IMG/VR virus record: IMGVR_UViG_2209111000_000009
Span: 8,867 to 72,866 of that record
DNA length: 64,000 nt
Source of the DNA: a virus
Direction: 5' to 3' (one strand)
In this document: one piece after another, positions 27,841 to 37,396 of the stretch
Layout: each line of letters begins with the position of its first letter
Numbering within the stretch: position 1 is the first letter of the stretch
The notes under the pieces: model-generated
Databases searched by the model: none
Seen by the model: only the letters and a program-made list of their open reading frames with translations
Told to the model about the DNA's origin: nothing
Translations under genes and position numbers: made by a program

Positions 27841-28965
27841 ATGAAGACATTAAACCGGGTACATATTTTAAAACCTGACCCTCAAGTAGGTATTACCCCC
27901 GCTCATGTCCTAGGCTTGGCCAATGAGTACAAGCGGAATGGGCAATTAGCCCCTGTTGTCATAGGTCATCCCGAGAGCGATGCGGAACCCGCTTGGGGCT
28001 GGGTAGAAAAACTGTACTCTGAGGGCGAAGGTGACGATATTAACCTATACAGTGACTTAGACGTTACTGACGAGTTTTACCAGCTATTGCGAGAGCGTCG
28101 CTTTAGTGAGCGCTCAGTAGCCTTTTTTGATCGTGAACCTTATCAGCTAAGGCATTTAGCTTTCCTTGGTGCTGTACCCCCGCGAATTAAGGGTTTAGCA
28201 CCCGTCAACTTATCCGATAAAGAACCTTTTATGTCTCAAAATGCACCTGCACCAGTGGTTACTGAACTACCTTTGGCAACCCCCCCTAGTACATCACCAG
28301 CACCAGCTACTAACGTGCCGACCCCTACGGCAGCGCCAGCAGTTACCACACCCCCTCCCGAAGCACCACGCCCAGTTGTGGATAGTGCCGTTGCACCAGC
28401 GATCGCTCACTATGCTCTTTCGGATGTGACCCCCGGCATCAAAACCTCAAGTCTAACCACAGAGTCTATTACTGACACGAAAATCAGCGGCACCTTTGAG
28501 CTTAGCGATGGCAAGTCGTACTCCTACACCGTTGAGAAGGTAGGAGAGAAATGGAATGCCAGCACTACCTTGCGTAACCCGGAAATGGTCACGCTATCTG
28601 ATCAAGTAAAATCTTTGCAATCTCAGCTAGCTCACCAACGGGCTACCGCTACGGCAGATGCTTTCTACAAGGAACATCGGTTGTCTGATGGCATTTTGCC
28701 CCGTACTGATTGCGTCAAGCTGTTAGCTCTTAGCGAGGGTACAGAGTTAGGGGTCACAATCCTTAAGCTGTTATCTAATTTGCCTCCCTTGGTTTCAGCA
28801 GCCCCCGTGACTGCCGCACCAGAAGCACCTGTAGCTGGCTTTGGTAGTTTTGAGCTTTCGGAAACTGCGGAGTATAAGCGAGTGGTCGCTAAATGTCTTG
28901 AAATGGGTCTTGACCCTAAAGACCCAAAGGATTTCACCAAAGCTCTTAACGCCCTTTCAATGTAA
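27841..28965 (+). CDS. Mu gpI-like prohead protease / scaffold
   Basis: APVVIGHP, PAWGWV, SERSVAF, LRHLAFLGAVPPRIKGL; P/A/T-rich linker. Confidence 0.8.
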   Translation: MKTLNRVHILKPDPQVGITPAHVLGLANEYKRNGQLAPVVIGHPESDAEPAWGWVEKLYSEGEGDDINLYSDLDVTDEFYQLLRERRFSERSVAFFDREPYQLRHLAFLGAVPPRIKGLAPVNLSDKEPFMSQNAPAPVVTELPLATPPSTSPAPATNVPTPTAAPAVTTPPPEAPRPVVDSAVAPAIAHYALSDVTPGIKTSSLTTESITDTKISGTFELSDGKSYSYTVEKVGEKWNASTTLRNPEMVTLSDQVKSLQSQLAHQRATATADAFYKEHRLSDGILPRTDCVKLLALSEGTELGVTILKLLSNLPPLVSAAPVTAAPEAPVAGFGSFELSETAEYKRVVAKCLEMGLDPKDPKDFTKALNALSM

Positions 28966-28968
28966 TCC

Positions 28969-29298
28969 ATGAACACCAATCCGGCTCACGTCATTATCCA
29001 AGCTACAACCGTCCGCGCCAAAGCGAACTTGAAAGCCGCCACACTCGTAAGGTACGCCAGTATCCCGGGCGGTACTACTCCCGTGCTAGGTGTTGTCCTT
29101 TTTGATTGCAAAGAGGGTGATTTAGCTTCGGTGGGTGTCAAAGGTCAATATCAAGTGCAAGTAGCACCCGGTGTTACCTTGGCACCGGGCGATCCTATGG
29201 CTCTCAACGCCCAAGGTCAAGGCATTGCTGGCACCCCGGAGACAAAGGTAGCAACTGTTTTTGAGTTCGTACCGACACTAGCAACCATTATTTTATAA
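28969..29298 (+). CDS. capsid decoration/cement protein (DUF2190-like)
   Basis: VLGVVLFDCKEGD..SVGVKG...GDPMALNAQGQGI; lies between the protease and capsid genes. Confidence 0.65.
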   Translation: MNTNPAHVIIQATTVRAKANLKAATLVRYASIPGGTTPVLGVVLFDCKEGDLASVGVKGQYQVQVAPGVTLAPGDPMALNAQGQGIAGTPETKVATVFEFVPTLATIIL

Positions 29299-29301
29299 CC
29301 T

Positions 29302-30279
29302 ATGCCCCCTTTGAATTTGGCTCAGATTCGGGTAATTGACCCGATTTTAACAACCGTTGCTCACGGTTTCACTAACCCGTTACCCGGTGTAGCGAACTTT
29401 ATCGCGCCACGGGTGCCAGTGCTTACCCGTGCTGGTAAAGTGATGGTCTTTGGGAAGGAAAGTTTCGCTATCACTAATACTAAAAGAGCGCCTGCAACCA
29501 ACATCAAGCGCTTGATGCCTAACTTTGGGACAGAGAACTACAGCGTTGAACAAGACGCGCTAGGTGCTGAAATCCCCTATGAGTTCTTGGAAGAGGCAGC
29601 AGCTACGGCAGTCCTTAACGGGATTCCGATGAACTTGCAACAAATGGCACTGAACGCCGCTATGTCGAGCCTAGACCTTAACTGGGAAAATGAGGTTTTA
29701 TCGCTTGTTACCCGTGCTGAACAGTTTGAACCGATACTGACATCAGTACCTTCGACTAAAATTAACACACCTGACTTTGACTTGCTCAAGTTAATTTTAG
29801 CGGCAAAGGAAGCCGTTAGGTCCCAAAGCGCGGTTTATCCGAACTCGATGGTAGTCGGGCCTAAGGTCTTTAGCGCGATGCAACAGATAACCGCCGTCAG
29901 AGAAACCATAAAGTACCAACAGCGATGGGCGGCAACAGTGGCCGACTTATCTACCTACTTCGGTTTATCGCGAGGAATACGGGTAGCTGAAGGTGTCAAG
30001 CTTGACGAGGCTGGCAACTTGATCGACATCATGGGCAATGACATTTTGCTGTTTTACGCCCCTGAACAACCTGTCGGCTTGATGAATAAAGGGGTACCTA
30101 GCTTTGCTTACACCTATGCTTTAGAAGGCTACCCAGTTGTGACCCCGTTTAGGGCTGACCCCGATCGCCGTGTTATTGTTGCAGACGCTATTCGTGAGCA
30201 AAGTGTTCAGATTACGGGTATCGGCACCACAGGCAAAGCTGCTGCGGGCTACTTGTTTAAAGACGTTCTGACGGCTTAA
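29302..30279 (+). CDS. major capsid protein
   Basis: 325 aa; DPILTTVAHGF, PNSMVVGPKVF, PSFAYTY; position. Confidence 0.8.
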   Translation: MPPLNLAQIRVIDPILTTVAHGFTNPLPGVANFIAPRVPVLTRAGKVMVFGKESFAITNTKRAPATNIKRLMPNFGTENYSVEQDALGAEIPYEFLEEAAATAVLNGIPMNLQQMALNAAMSSLDLNWENEVLSLVTRAEQFEPILTSVPSTKINTPDFDLLKLILAAKEAVRSQSAVYPNSMVVGPKVFSAMQQITAVRETIKYQQRWAATVADLSTYFGLSRGIRVAEGVKLDEAGNLIDIMGNDILLFYAPEQPVGLMNKGVPSFAYTYALEGYPVVTPFRADPDRRVIVADAIREQSVQITGIGTTGKAAAGYLFKDVLTA

Positions 30280-30283
30280 ACCT

Positions 30284-30586
30284 ATGCTAGCATCGGTAGC
30301 ACAATTCGTTGATTTTGTAGGGCGTGAAGAGGCAATACAGCACTCCCAACTTAGCAACCCTGAGTCCGAGGTAATTGACCATGAGCGGATTATTAATTAC
30401 CTTGACCAGGCGGCGGTATTGCTTAGGCAAAAGGTGCCGGATACCTGGGAGTGTTTTACCTTTTGCCAGCTAAGAATAGCTCGCTACCTTTTTGACCCGC
30501 ATACCACCCGAGAGGCTGTGATTAAGGGTTATGAGGAGGCTTGGCGGGTAGTGGATAACAGACCGAGGCTAATCGCATGGACGTAA
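30284..30586 (+). CDS. head-tail adaptor (Mu gp36/DUF1320-like)
   Basis: ASVAQFVDFVG..E..Q.S......ID.ERI...L..A; IARYLF; position after the capsid gene. Confidence 0.65.
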   Translation: MLASVAQFVDFVGREEAIQHSQLSNPESEVIDHERIINYLDQAAVLLRQKVPDTWECFTFCQLRIARYLFDPHTTREAVIKGYEEAWRVVDNRPRLIAWT

Positions 30587-31290
30587 ACGCACTATATGAC
30601 AGAGAGATAGCCTACTATGGAGCTGATAGGTCAATAGTGGTTTACATACCTTCAACAGGCGAAGAGTTAACCGCTGATGTCTTAGTGCGTAAAACTGACT
30701 TAGGGGTAGTAACTACCATAAGCGCGCCTTACAGCCCTACATCTACCGAAATTGTTGACGAACTCCTAGTCCTTAACAAACCCCTCGGAGTACCAGTTGA
30801 ATACACAGGTACTTTTATTGCCGCCGATACTGCTACTCTAGCCCCCTCACCTAACCTAACAGTAGGGCAAAAAGTGAAAATCGGTAACAATACTTACCAA
30901 GTAGCAACGGTTACAGGGTCTGAGGTGAGGCTTGACAAAGCAGTTTCCGAGCTTTTGGTATTTGTGGCACAAGCGATCGCCCCCGATGTTGTTTACCAGT
31001 GGCAAGTCCTCAACGGTGAGCTTTGGTCTAACATCCCTGGTGCTACTGCTCGGACATACGAACCCCTAGTGAGTGACCTTGGTAAACAATTGAGGGTAAT
31101 TGTCACTTACACCGATGGTCAAGGTGTAGTAGGACAGAGTTCGGTAGTGTCAACAGCTACTTTGACACCAGGGCAGCAATACACTATTAGCCCGGTTTTC
31201 CCGGTTATTGCCCGTGTTGAGCTAGACGTACAGAGAACCTACCCTGCTAACTCTATTAATACACTCACTATTGAGATAGAAAATCTATGA
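30577..31290 (+). CDS. structural protein with Ig-like insert
   Basis: YQWQ....WSNIPGAT..TY....SDLGKQLRVIVTYTDGQG. Confidence 0.55.
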   Translation: MDVNALYDREIAYYGADRSIVVYIPSTGEELTADVLVRKTDLGVVTTISAPYSPTSTEIVDELLVLNKPLGVPVEYTGTFIAADTATLAPSPNLTVGQKVKIGNNTYQVATVTGSEVRLDKAVSELLVFVAQAIAPDVVYQWQVLNGELWSNIPGATARTYEPLVSDLGKQLRVIVTYTDGQGVVGQSSVVSTATLTPGQQYTISPVFPVIARVELDVQRTYPANSINTLTIEIENL

Positions 31291-31784
31291 AAATGAAGTA
31301 TTTTAGCCAACACGCCAATCGCGTAGACGGGTGGAGAACTTGTGGCACTACTAGCCTAGCTATGGCACTGTCGGCACTCGGTATCAATGTTACACCAGAC
31401 ACTCTGACTCGGCGAGCTTATGCTTTGGGTCGGGATGTCACAGAAACTGGGGTCATTCGTGTTTTAGCTGCTGAGTACGGAGTTGAAGACCTCTATACAG
31501 ACCGTGGCACCTTGAAAGGTATCAAGGATGCAATCGATAAAAAGCGCCCAGTCATACTCCGGGGTAATTTTACAGGCTCAGGTCACGTTATAGCTGTTGA
31601 AGGTTATGACAAAAATGGTTTAAAGGTCAAAGACCCCAATGGCGAATGGTTCTGGGACGGGTACGACACAAATTTAACAGGAGACAATTTGCATTACAGT
31701 TTTGCAATGATAGCAAAAAATTGTTCTCCTGAGTCTATCAACAGCCCTCAGCACATCTGGTTCCACCAACTTTATAAGAAATGA
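31287..31784 (+). CDS. C39-like cysteine peptidase (candidate endolysin)
   Basis: YFSQ, TCGTTSLAM (Cys), SGHVIAVEGYD (His), VKDPNG (Asp). Confidence 0.8.
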   Translation: MKMKYFSQHANRVDGWRTCGTTSLAMALSALGINVTPDTLTRRAYALGRDVTETGVIRVLAAEYGVEDLYTDRGTLKGIKDAIDKKRPVILRGNFTGSGHVIAVEGYDKNGLKVKDPNGEWFWDGYDTNLTGDNLHYSFAMIAKNCSPESINSPQHIWFHQLYKK

Positions 31785-32221
31785 AAGAGATTACTCACTA
31801 CGGTCGGGCTTCCATTAACTCAGTAATAGACCTCAAGCTGTTTACAGCAGGCGTTACAGGGCTAATGTTTACCAGTGTAAATGCCTCCGGACTAACTTTA
31901 AAAGCAGAGCTAGCAAGGGGAGGTACTGTTCTACTCTCTAGTAATCCTGTGGGCGCTGGACTGGGTTACGGGGACAGCTTGCTTGTTTCGGGTAATGGAG
32001 ATATCTTTGTCACTTTCTACGGCACTCTAGAGGAAACCTACCGTATTAACGGGGGGGCTTTAGAAGTTTTGGTGGCTACCCCTATAACCTTTAACAAGGC
32101 GGGCAACATCGGCAGTATCCCTGTAGTTTCAGGAAAGGCAGTGATGGTCAAGCCAGGTATTTACACCGACAGAGTTTACTCTCTGGTTTCAGCCAACGAT
32201 AAGAGGGTAACATGGCCTTAG
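31781..32221 (+). CDS. hypothetical structural protein (146 aa)
   Basis: ATGA overlap; beta-rich. Confidence 0.5.
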   Translation: MKEITHYGRASINSVIDLKLFTAGVTGLMFTSVNASGLTLKAELARGGTVLLSSNPVGAGLGYGDSLLVSGNGDIFVTFYGTLEETYRINGGALEVLVATPITFNKAGNIGSIPVVSGKAVMVKPGIYTDRVYSLVSANDKRVTWP

Positions 32222-34548
32222 TTACAGGACAGCTTCGCTCGGCTACCGGGCAACCATTGACAACCCCCTTTAGTATCTCGTTGACAGACTACGGGGTAAA
32301 GGCGGGCTTACTTTACCTACCTGCGAAGGTTGTAGTCACACCCGATATAGGTGGTGGTTTTGCAGTCGAGTTATGGTCTAACCAAGAATCCGATACACCC
32401 GTGTTATACCGGGTAGACACACCACAAGGTAGTAGCTTCTTTATCTCCATACCTAGCGGTGTACTAGGCCCCCTTGACATAGGTAAGGTAGTAGTTACCA
32501 AATCTGATCTAAAACACGACACTAATATCTTAAATCGGTTAGCCCAACTAGAAGCTCGACCACTAGGGGGGGGTGGTAATGGCTTAGGAGTAATTCAAGT
32601 TTTGACCTTTGGGGAAGGTTTAACAAGTGGATCATTTGATGGGTCGGAACCCATAACAATCAATGTATCCACGGCGATCGCACGCGTGAACTCACCCACC
32701 TTTACAAACCCCAAGAGTAACCATCCACCCTCGGGGGATTCTAGTGAGTTGCTTGCTACTACGGGTTGGGCAAGCAACGCGGCTAACCTCTCCGCAGGTG
32801 TCATACCTTCAGCAAGGTTGCCTAGTAACCTAGCTGCGGTTACTGCCCAACGGTTAGCAACCCCCCGGAGTATTCTTGGTGTTCCTTTTGACGGTACAGC
32901 AGACTTGCCACCCTTATCATTAGGGGCGGGGTTACTAGCACCAAGTAGTACATCCATAAATATTGACTTTAACCTTATCCCTACCCTAGGGGATTCTCGA
33001 TTTACCAACAGTCGTGAGTGGTTAGCCCCTACAGTTACACTGTTAGAGGCTCAAGGGGGTAGCGATACTAATCGAAAGGCCTGGACAGTTCAAAGGGTCT
33101 GGCAAGCTATTGCTGCGTGGTGGGAGACTGTTCAAGGTTCACTGGCTAGATTATCCAACCCAGCCTTTACTGGTACCCCTACAGCCCCAACACCGCCCTC
33201 TAATGATGCCAGTACCCGCTTAGCTACCACGGCTTGGTCTAGCAATGCAGCTAACCTTACTCAGGGGGTCATACCTTTAGGACGCATCCCGGTTTTAAAT
33301 CAGGACACTACGGGAATTGCGGCAACAGCCAACAAACTTAGTACACCCAGAACTATCTTGGGTTACCATTTTGACGGTACAGCAGACTTACCCCTTACCC
33401 TCGGTAACGGTCTAGCAGTAACCTCAAATGTGCTAGGTCTTGATCCTGCTGACATTAGGCTAACAAACGCCAGAGAATGGACAGCTAGCACTATCACTCA
33501 AACGGACGCGGAGGCTGGCACTAATACGACCAGAACCGCTTGGACTGCACAACGGGTTAGACAAGCGCTGGTGGCTTGGTGGGCGGGGTTTGAAAATACG
33601 ATCGCCCGTCTTAATTCCCCCGCTTTTACTGGTACCCCTACAGCACCCTCCCCAAGTGCCGGAGATGTTAGCACTAGCTTGGCTACCACTGAGTGGTCTA
33701 GTAATGCTAGTAACCTAACGCAAGGTGTAATCCCGGCTGCAAGGGTTCCAACCCTAAACCAAAGCACAACTGGGAACTCTGCTACCACCACCCGATTAGC
33801 AACTGGTAGGACTATAGCTTTATCAGGGGGAGCTACAGCGGCGACCGTCACGTTCGATGGGACGGCTAACATCGCTTTAGCTGTCACAGCGTTAGATGCA
33901 ACCACTTTAACGGGGATTATTGCGGATGCAAGGTTAAGTGCTAACATTCCGAGACTCAATACCACTCCTGTTTACACCCTAGGCTTACAAGTCCAAGGGG
34001 CGATCGCCAATCTGGCGACTTTGGTTGCTAATACTCAAGCAGCTAATTTTACATCGGGGGCTACGGGTAATGCTTATCAAGCACTAATAAATGCTAATGG
34101 CCCTGTAGGAGGAAAAATAATAGATTGGGAGTTAAATTTTAACGGCACCTTGAGTTTAAGAAGGGTTAACGACACTTATTCTGGTACAGTTAATACCCCC
34201 CTAACTGTTAGCCCTACAGGTAATATTAGTTTTTCGGGTTTTACTAGCTTAGGGCATACGGGCATTAAAACTCTTATTCTAGATTTTACAGCCCCTTCAG
34301 TAACCGCTAATACTTTGCTGTTGTCGGGACAAATGCCAACTATGGCGAAAGTTAGAAGCTTGTCCTCTATGCTGAGATCTTCGGATGGTGACTATTTCCC
34401 GCCAAGTTTTTACTCGGCAAGTATTGGCTATACCAAGTGGTATAGTATTTATACGTGGAGTGGTGGTCTCTATATCAACATTCATCCGGATGCTTTAACA
34501 AAACTAAGCGGGCAAGCTGGCACAGTAATTGTTACTTACGTAGCTTAA
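32212..34548 (+). CDS. tail fibre protein with internal repeats
   Basis: Three ARLxSPAFTGTPTAP...LATT.W.SNA.NL..GVIP-type units, LxTPRxILG..FDGTADL twice, TN(S/A)REW..AWT.QRV twice. Confidence 0.8.
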   Translation: MALVTGQLRSATGQPLTTPFSISLTDYGVKAGLLYLPAKVVVTPDIGGGFAVELWSNQESDTPVLYRVDTPQGSSFFISIPSGVLGPLDIGKVVVTKSDLKHDTNILNRLAQLEARPLGGGGNGLGVIQVLTFGEGLTSGSFDGSEPITINVSTAIARVNSPTFTNPKSNHPPSGDSSELLATTGWASNAANLSAGVIPSARLPSNLAAVTAQRLATPRSILGVPFDGTADLPPLSLGAGLLAPSSTSINIDFNLIPTLGDSRFTNSREWLAPTVTLLEAQGGSDTNRKAWTVQRVWQAIAAWWETVQGSLARLSNPAFTGTPTAPTPPSNDASTRLATTAWSSNAANLTQGVIPLGRIPVLNQDTTGIAATANKLSTPRTILGYHFDGTADLPLTLGNGLAVTSNVLGLDPADIRLTNAREWTASTITQTDAEAGTNTTRTAWTAQRVRQALVAWWAGFENTIARLNSPAFTGTPTAPSPSAGDVSTSLATTEWSSNASNLTQGVIPAARVPTLNQSTTGNSATTTRLATGRTIALSGGATAATVTFDGTANIALAVTALDATTLTGIIADARLSANIPRLNTTPVYTLGLQVQGAIANLATLVANTQAANFTSGATGNAYQALINANGPVGGKIIDWELNFNGTLSLRRVNDTYSGTVNTPLTVSPTGNISFSGFTSLGHTGIKTLILDFTAPSVTANTLLLSGQMPTMAKVRSLSSMLRSSDGDYFPPSFYSASIGYTKWYSIYTWSGGLYINIHPDALTKLSGQAGTVIVTYVA

Positions 34549-34549
34549 C

Positions 34550-34822
34550 ATGGTATCAGAACTTATACGACTTCTTGATAAGAATCTATCTAACGCTATC
34601 GCCTTATTAGCTTTAAGCTCTAGTATGAGTGCCGAGGAACAACTGACTGTAAACTTATTTATAGAGGAGGTATTAGATACAACCAGTTTAACGGACTTAA
34701 AAGAAAAAGAGGTCTTAAATTACATGAAATTGTATTTAAAGACAAGGAAAGAAACTATGGTTAGTTTGGAGGATTTAGTAAATGACACCCAACGACAAAG
34801 GCTCGAAGGACTCGGACAGTAA
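34550..34822 (+). CDS. hypothetical protein (90 aa)
   Basis: Coupled to the tail fibre gene. Confidence 0.55.
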   Translation: MVSELIRLLDKNLSNAIALLALSSSMSAEEQLTVNLFIEEVLDTTSLTDLKEKEVLNYMKLYLKTRKETMVSLEDLVNDTQRQRLEGLGQ

Positions 34823-35312
34823 TATATTCTCGGAGTTCTTACAAGGGATATTACAAATTCAAACATGGAAGCAGCTTGTATTTGTCATAATAATAAGTAT
34901 TATAGGTGCTTTAGGGTGGGACTGGGTTTATAATGGTTCAAAAAATCAGCGTGAGCTAGTCACTACCTTTGTTAATGCAGGTTCCCGCCCTGTATTATTT
35001 CCAGAAGACTTTAAATTTCTTAACGACTTACTCTCTCGCTACCCTAACGCAAAGCTCTCTGTAGTACAAGTTGAATACGTTGCGGGGGTACCTGGCAAAC
35101 CTCTTAGAGATATTACACAGTCAGAGAAGGTGGTACTATTGAGGGGTGGCGTACCTATAGCAGTAATACTGATTTCTAAAGACTCTCCCCCTGTTGTAAA
35201 AAAAGAAATAGCTGATTATTTCCTAGGAAATACCAACGACACACCCTCTGTACCACTGATTGAGCAATCTAATGATAAACCTCAACCCGCCCAGCCCAGC
35301 CCAGGCAATTAA
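34782..35312 (+). CDS. membrane-anchored protein (holin-like candidate)
   Basis: One hydrophobic segment QLVFVIIISIIGALGWDW. Confidence 0.5.
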   Translation: MTPNDKGSKDSDSNIFSEFLQGILQIQTWKQLVFVIIISIIGALGWDWVYNGSKNQRELVTTFVNAGSRPVLFPEDFKFLNDLLSRYPNAKLSVVQVEYVAGVPGKPLRDITQSEKVVLLRGGVPIAVILISKDSPPVVKKEIADYFLGNTNDTPSVPLIEQSNDKPQPAQPSPGN

Positions 35313-37155
35313 GAATTGGCTAAGCCTAGAAATTACTAGAGACGGGGGGTTTACCCAAGCAGCAGGGACAACCACTAACCGCTCAACACTTAAGCCCGGT
35401 GATTTGGTAGAACTGGGCTTGCCCTTTTGTAAACGTCTGATAGTTCAGTCGGTTAACCGTTCGCGGGTAACAATGGGCTGCTGGCTGTCGGTATACCTTA
35501 GTGCTAGCCCGGTTGAACCGGAAAGAAAGCTATCTAGGCAACTAGGGGAGGCTCTTAAAGGTATCCTAGTAGCTCGTGGAATACCTCTGAACGCAATCGC
35601 AATAGATGCAACCGAAAGCACGGGGGCTATCCCTTTGGTAGGCAGCGACCCTATTGAGATAGCCAATTCCCTCGGTTATATCTTATACTGTGATGCTGAG
35701 CTAAAGGTTAGATTAGCTCCCCGGGTTTCCGAAGGTCTGTTAGTAGGTAAATTTACTCTAGCGGAATTGGCATCTTATCAGCCCGGGGAAGACGGCCCCT
35801 TGTCAGCTAATCGCGTTGTGGCTAAAGGTGATTTAGTAAAGATTGAAACTGTCAAGGGTCGCGAAGGTAGCAGAGTAAGGGAGCGGGTAGCCACAGGCTG
35901 GCGCACTATAATCACGTCTAGTGAGGTTAAGGGTAGGCAATTCATCGAGAGAGAACTCATTTTAGAACCACCTAGCGAGATATCTAGGTTTAGTGCCTCT
36001 TTTGAAAAGACTACAGACCCCAACGCACTTATAGCTAGCTTCACCCAACCAAACGAGGAGTCGGCTATTAAGTCCCAAGAGACTGTCACTACTACTACGA
36101 GGGATAGGAAAGGGTATATAGTAAAACGTGAGAAGGTGATAACCGGGTGCGCCGCCAAAGGTATCAGCTCGTTTTTTAGCGCCTGGGCAGGGGCTTCAAT
36201 GCCCAAGCCCGATCAGAGCGCTGTAGAACCAGAAGCACCCCCCAATCCCTTACAAGGCCCTAGAGAATACACTATTTTTGGAGCAAGCGGCGACCAAGTT
36301 AACAGCAGTGCCAGCAATGTCCCCTCGGCCTTTTCCGATAATCCTACCTCGCAGACCATGACGCTGCTAAGACCGAGCGGGATGTTTGCAGTCATACCCT
36401 TGTTAATCGAAGTTGAAACATGGGATTTCGGTAAAGACCTTGTTACATACCAACGGGTTCAGCAAATACCTCTGGGCGCTATACTACCAGAGATTGGCAA
36501 CCCGTTGGCAGGGTATCAAGAACCAACTGAGCAATCCCCCCCCATCTACCGTGACCCTACTACCCTCTGCCCTTCAGAAAAGGAGGTAATAAAGTGGGTT
36601 AAGGATGATTTAGGTCGCTGGGAATCCCGCCGAACATTAAGCCAAGCTATCGGAGTGAGGAACGCCCAGGAACCCCGAGACGCTATGGGGGCAGTACAGT
36701 ATGGAGAGGATGCCCCGGAGCGCTATCGGGTGGACAGGTCAAATGTTGCGATCGCAGTGGCTACACAGATGAAAGTCTCTACCAGCAGCCAGCAGTATAG
36801 CTCGCCCCCGAGTCCTTCGCCTATTGAAGAGATGCAAGAGGTGGAGACTTTCACGCCTTACTCAGTGACCATAGAGTTAAACGGTAATGACCTGTTAAAC
36901 CGTACAGTAGAGATAAACCCTAGCCCCTTTTGTGCCAACTTAGAGGGGATTAGGAAGGTAGCAGAGTATGCCGCCTTAGAGTTAAGAGGTCAAGCAAATA
37001 CCACGCGAGTAGGCATACCATTAACGGCGCTACCTTTTGACATCCCGCCTAACTCGGTTATTGAGCTAGCAAGTAAAAAGTATCTAACCGTTAGCATGAC
37101 CAGTCGCACAGACTCAGCGCAAGGGGTGCTAGAGATAGACTTATGGGAATTATAA
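35260..37155 (+). CDS. tail tip / hub-like protein (631 aa)
   Basis: Last gene of the tail operon; hub-like C-terminus; position-based call. Confidence 0.5.
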   Translation: MSNLMINLNPPSPAQAIKNWLSLEITRDGGFTQAAGTTTNRSTLKPGDLVELGLPFCKRLIVQSVNRSRVTMGCWLSVYLSASPVEPERKLSRQLGEALKGILVARGIPLNAIAIDATESTGAIPLVGSDPIEIANSLGYILYCDAELKVRLAPRVSEGLLVGKFTLAELASYQPGEDGPLSANRVVAKGDLVKIETVKGREGSRVRERVATGWRTIITSSEVKGRQFIERELILEPPSEISRFSASFEKTTDPNALIASFTQPNEESAIKSQETVTTTTRDRKGYIVKREKVITGCAAKGISSFFSAWAGASMPKPDQSAVEPEAPPNPLQGPREYTIFGASGDQVNSSASNVPSAFSDNPTSQTMTLLRPSGMFAVIPLLIEVETWDFGKDLVTYQRVQQIPLGAILPEIGNPLAGYQEPTEQSPPIYRDPTTLCPSEKEVIKWVKDDLGRWESRRTLSQAIGVRNAQEPRDAMGAVQYGEDAPERYRVDRSNVAIAVATQMKVSTSSQQYSSPPSPSPIEEMQEVETFTPYSVTIELNGNDLLNRTVEINPSPFCANLEGIRKVAEYAALELRGQANTTRVGIPLTALPFDIPPNSVIELASKKYLTVSMTSRTDSAQGVLEIDLWEL

Positions 37156-37221
37156 CGCCGTAGGAGGGGGTTGAACCCTCATCTCCCGCCATAGCGGGCA
37201 GTTTGCTTAACATACTACGAT
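37156..37221 (-). tRNA. degenerate tRNA-like gene, isotype undetermined
   Basis: T-arm GAGGG-TTCAACC-CCCTC; 6/7 acceptor pairs; short D arm; anticodon arm CCCG-CTATGG-CGGG has a 6-nt loop. Confidence 0.5.
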
Positions 37222-37226
37222 ACCAA

Positions 37227-37299
37227 GAGAACAGCCAGGAATCGAACCTAGGTATAACCCGCTTGATGGCGATCGCCTAACCACTAGACTACAGTTCTC
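37227..37299 (-). tRNA. tRNA-like gene with aberrant anticodon arm
   Basis: Acceptor AGAACTG/CTGTTCT plus an extra G-C pair; D arm GTCT-AGTGGTT-AGGC; T arm CTAGG-TTCGATT-CCTGG; anticodon arm TCGC-CATCAA-GCGG. Confidence 0.65.
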
Positions 37300-37304
37300 T
37301 TATA

Positions 37305-37386
37305 TGGGTCAGGCTGGAATTGAACCAGCAACGCTTTAAGCTACTGTTTTACAGACATCTACCCACACCAATAGGTGAGCCAACCC
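37305..37386 (-). tRNA. tRNA-Tyr(GTA)
   Basis: Acceptor GGGTTGG/CTGACCC-A; loop CT-GTA-AA; long variable arm; T arm GCTGG-TTCAATT-CCAGC. Confidence 0.85.
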
Positions 37387-37396
37387 TAAAAAAACG

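Noticed and set aside
26432-30586. Mu-like transposable prophage
   Set aside because: No transposase A/B, Mor or Com genes in the window; an autonomous replication module is present.
32212-34548. Diversity-generating retroelement target in the tail fibre
   Set aside because: No reverse transcriptase and no template/variable repeat pair differing at adenines was seen.
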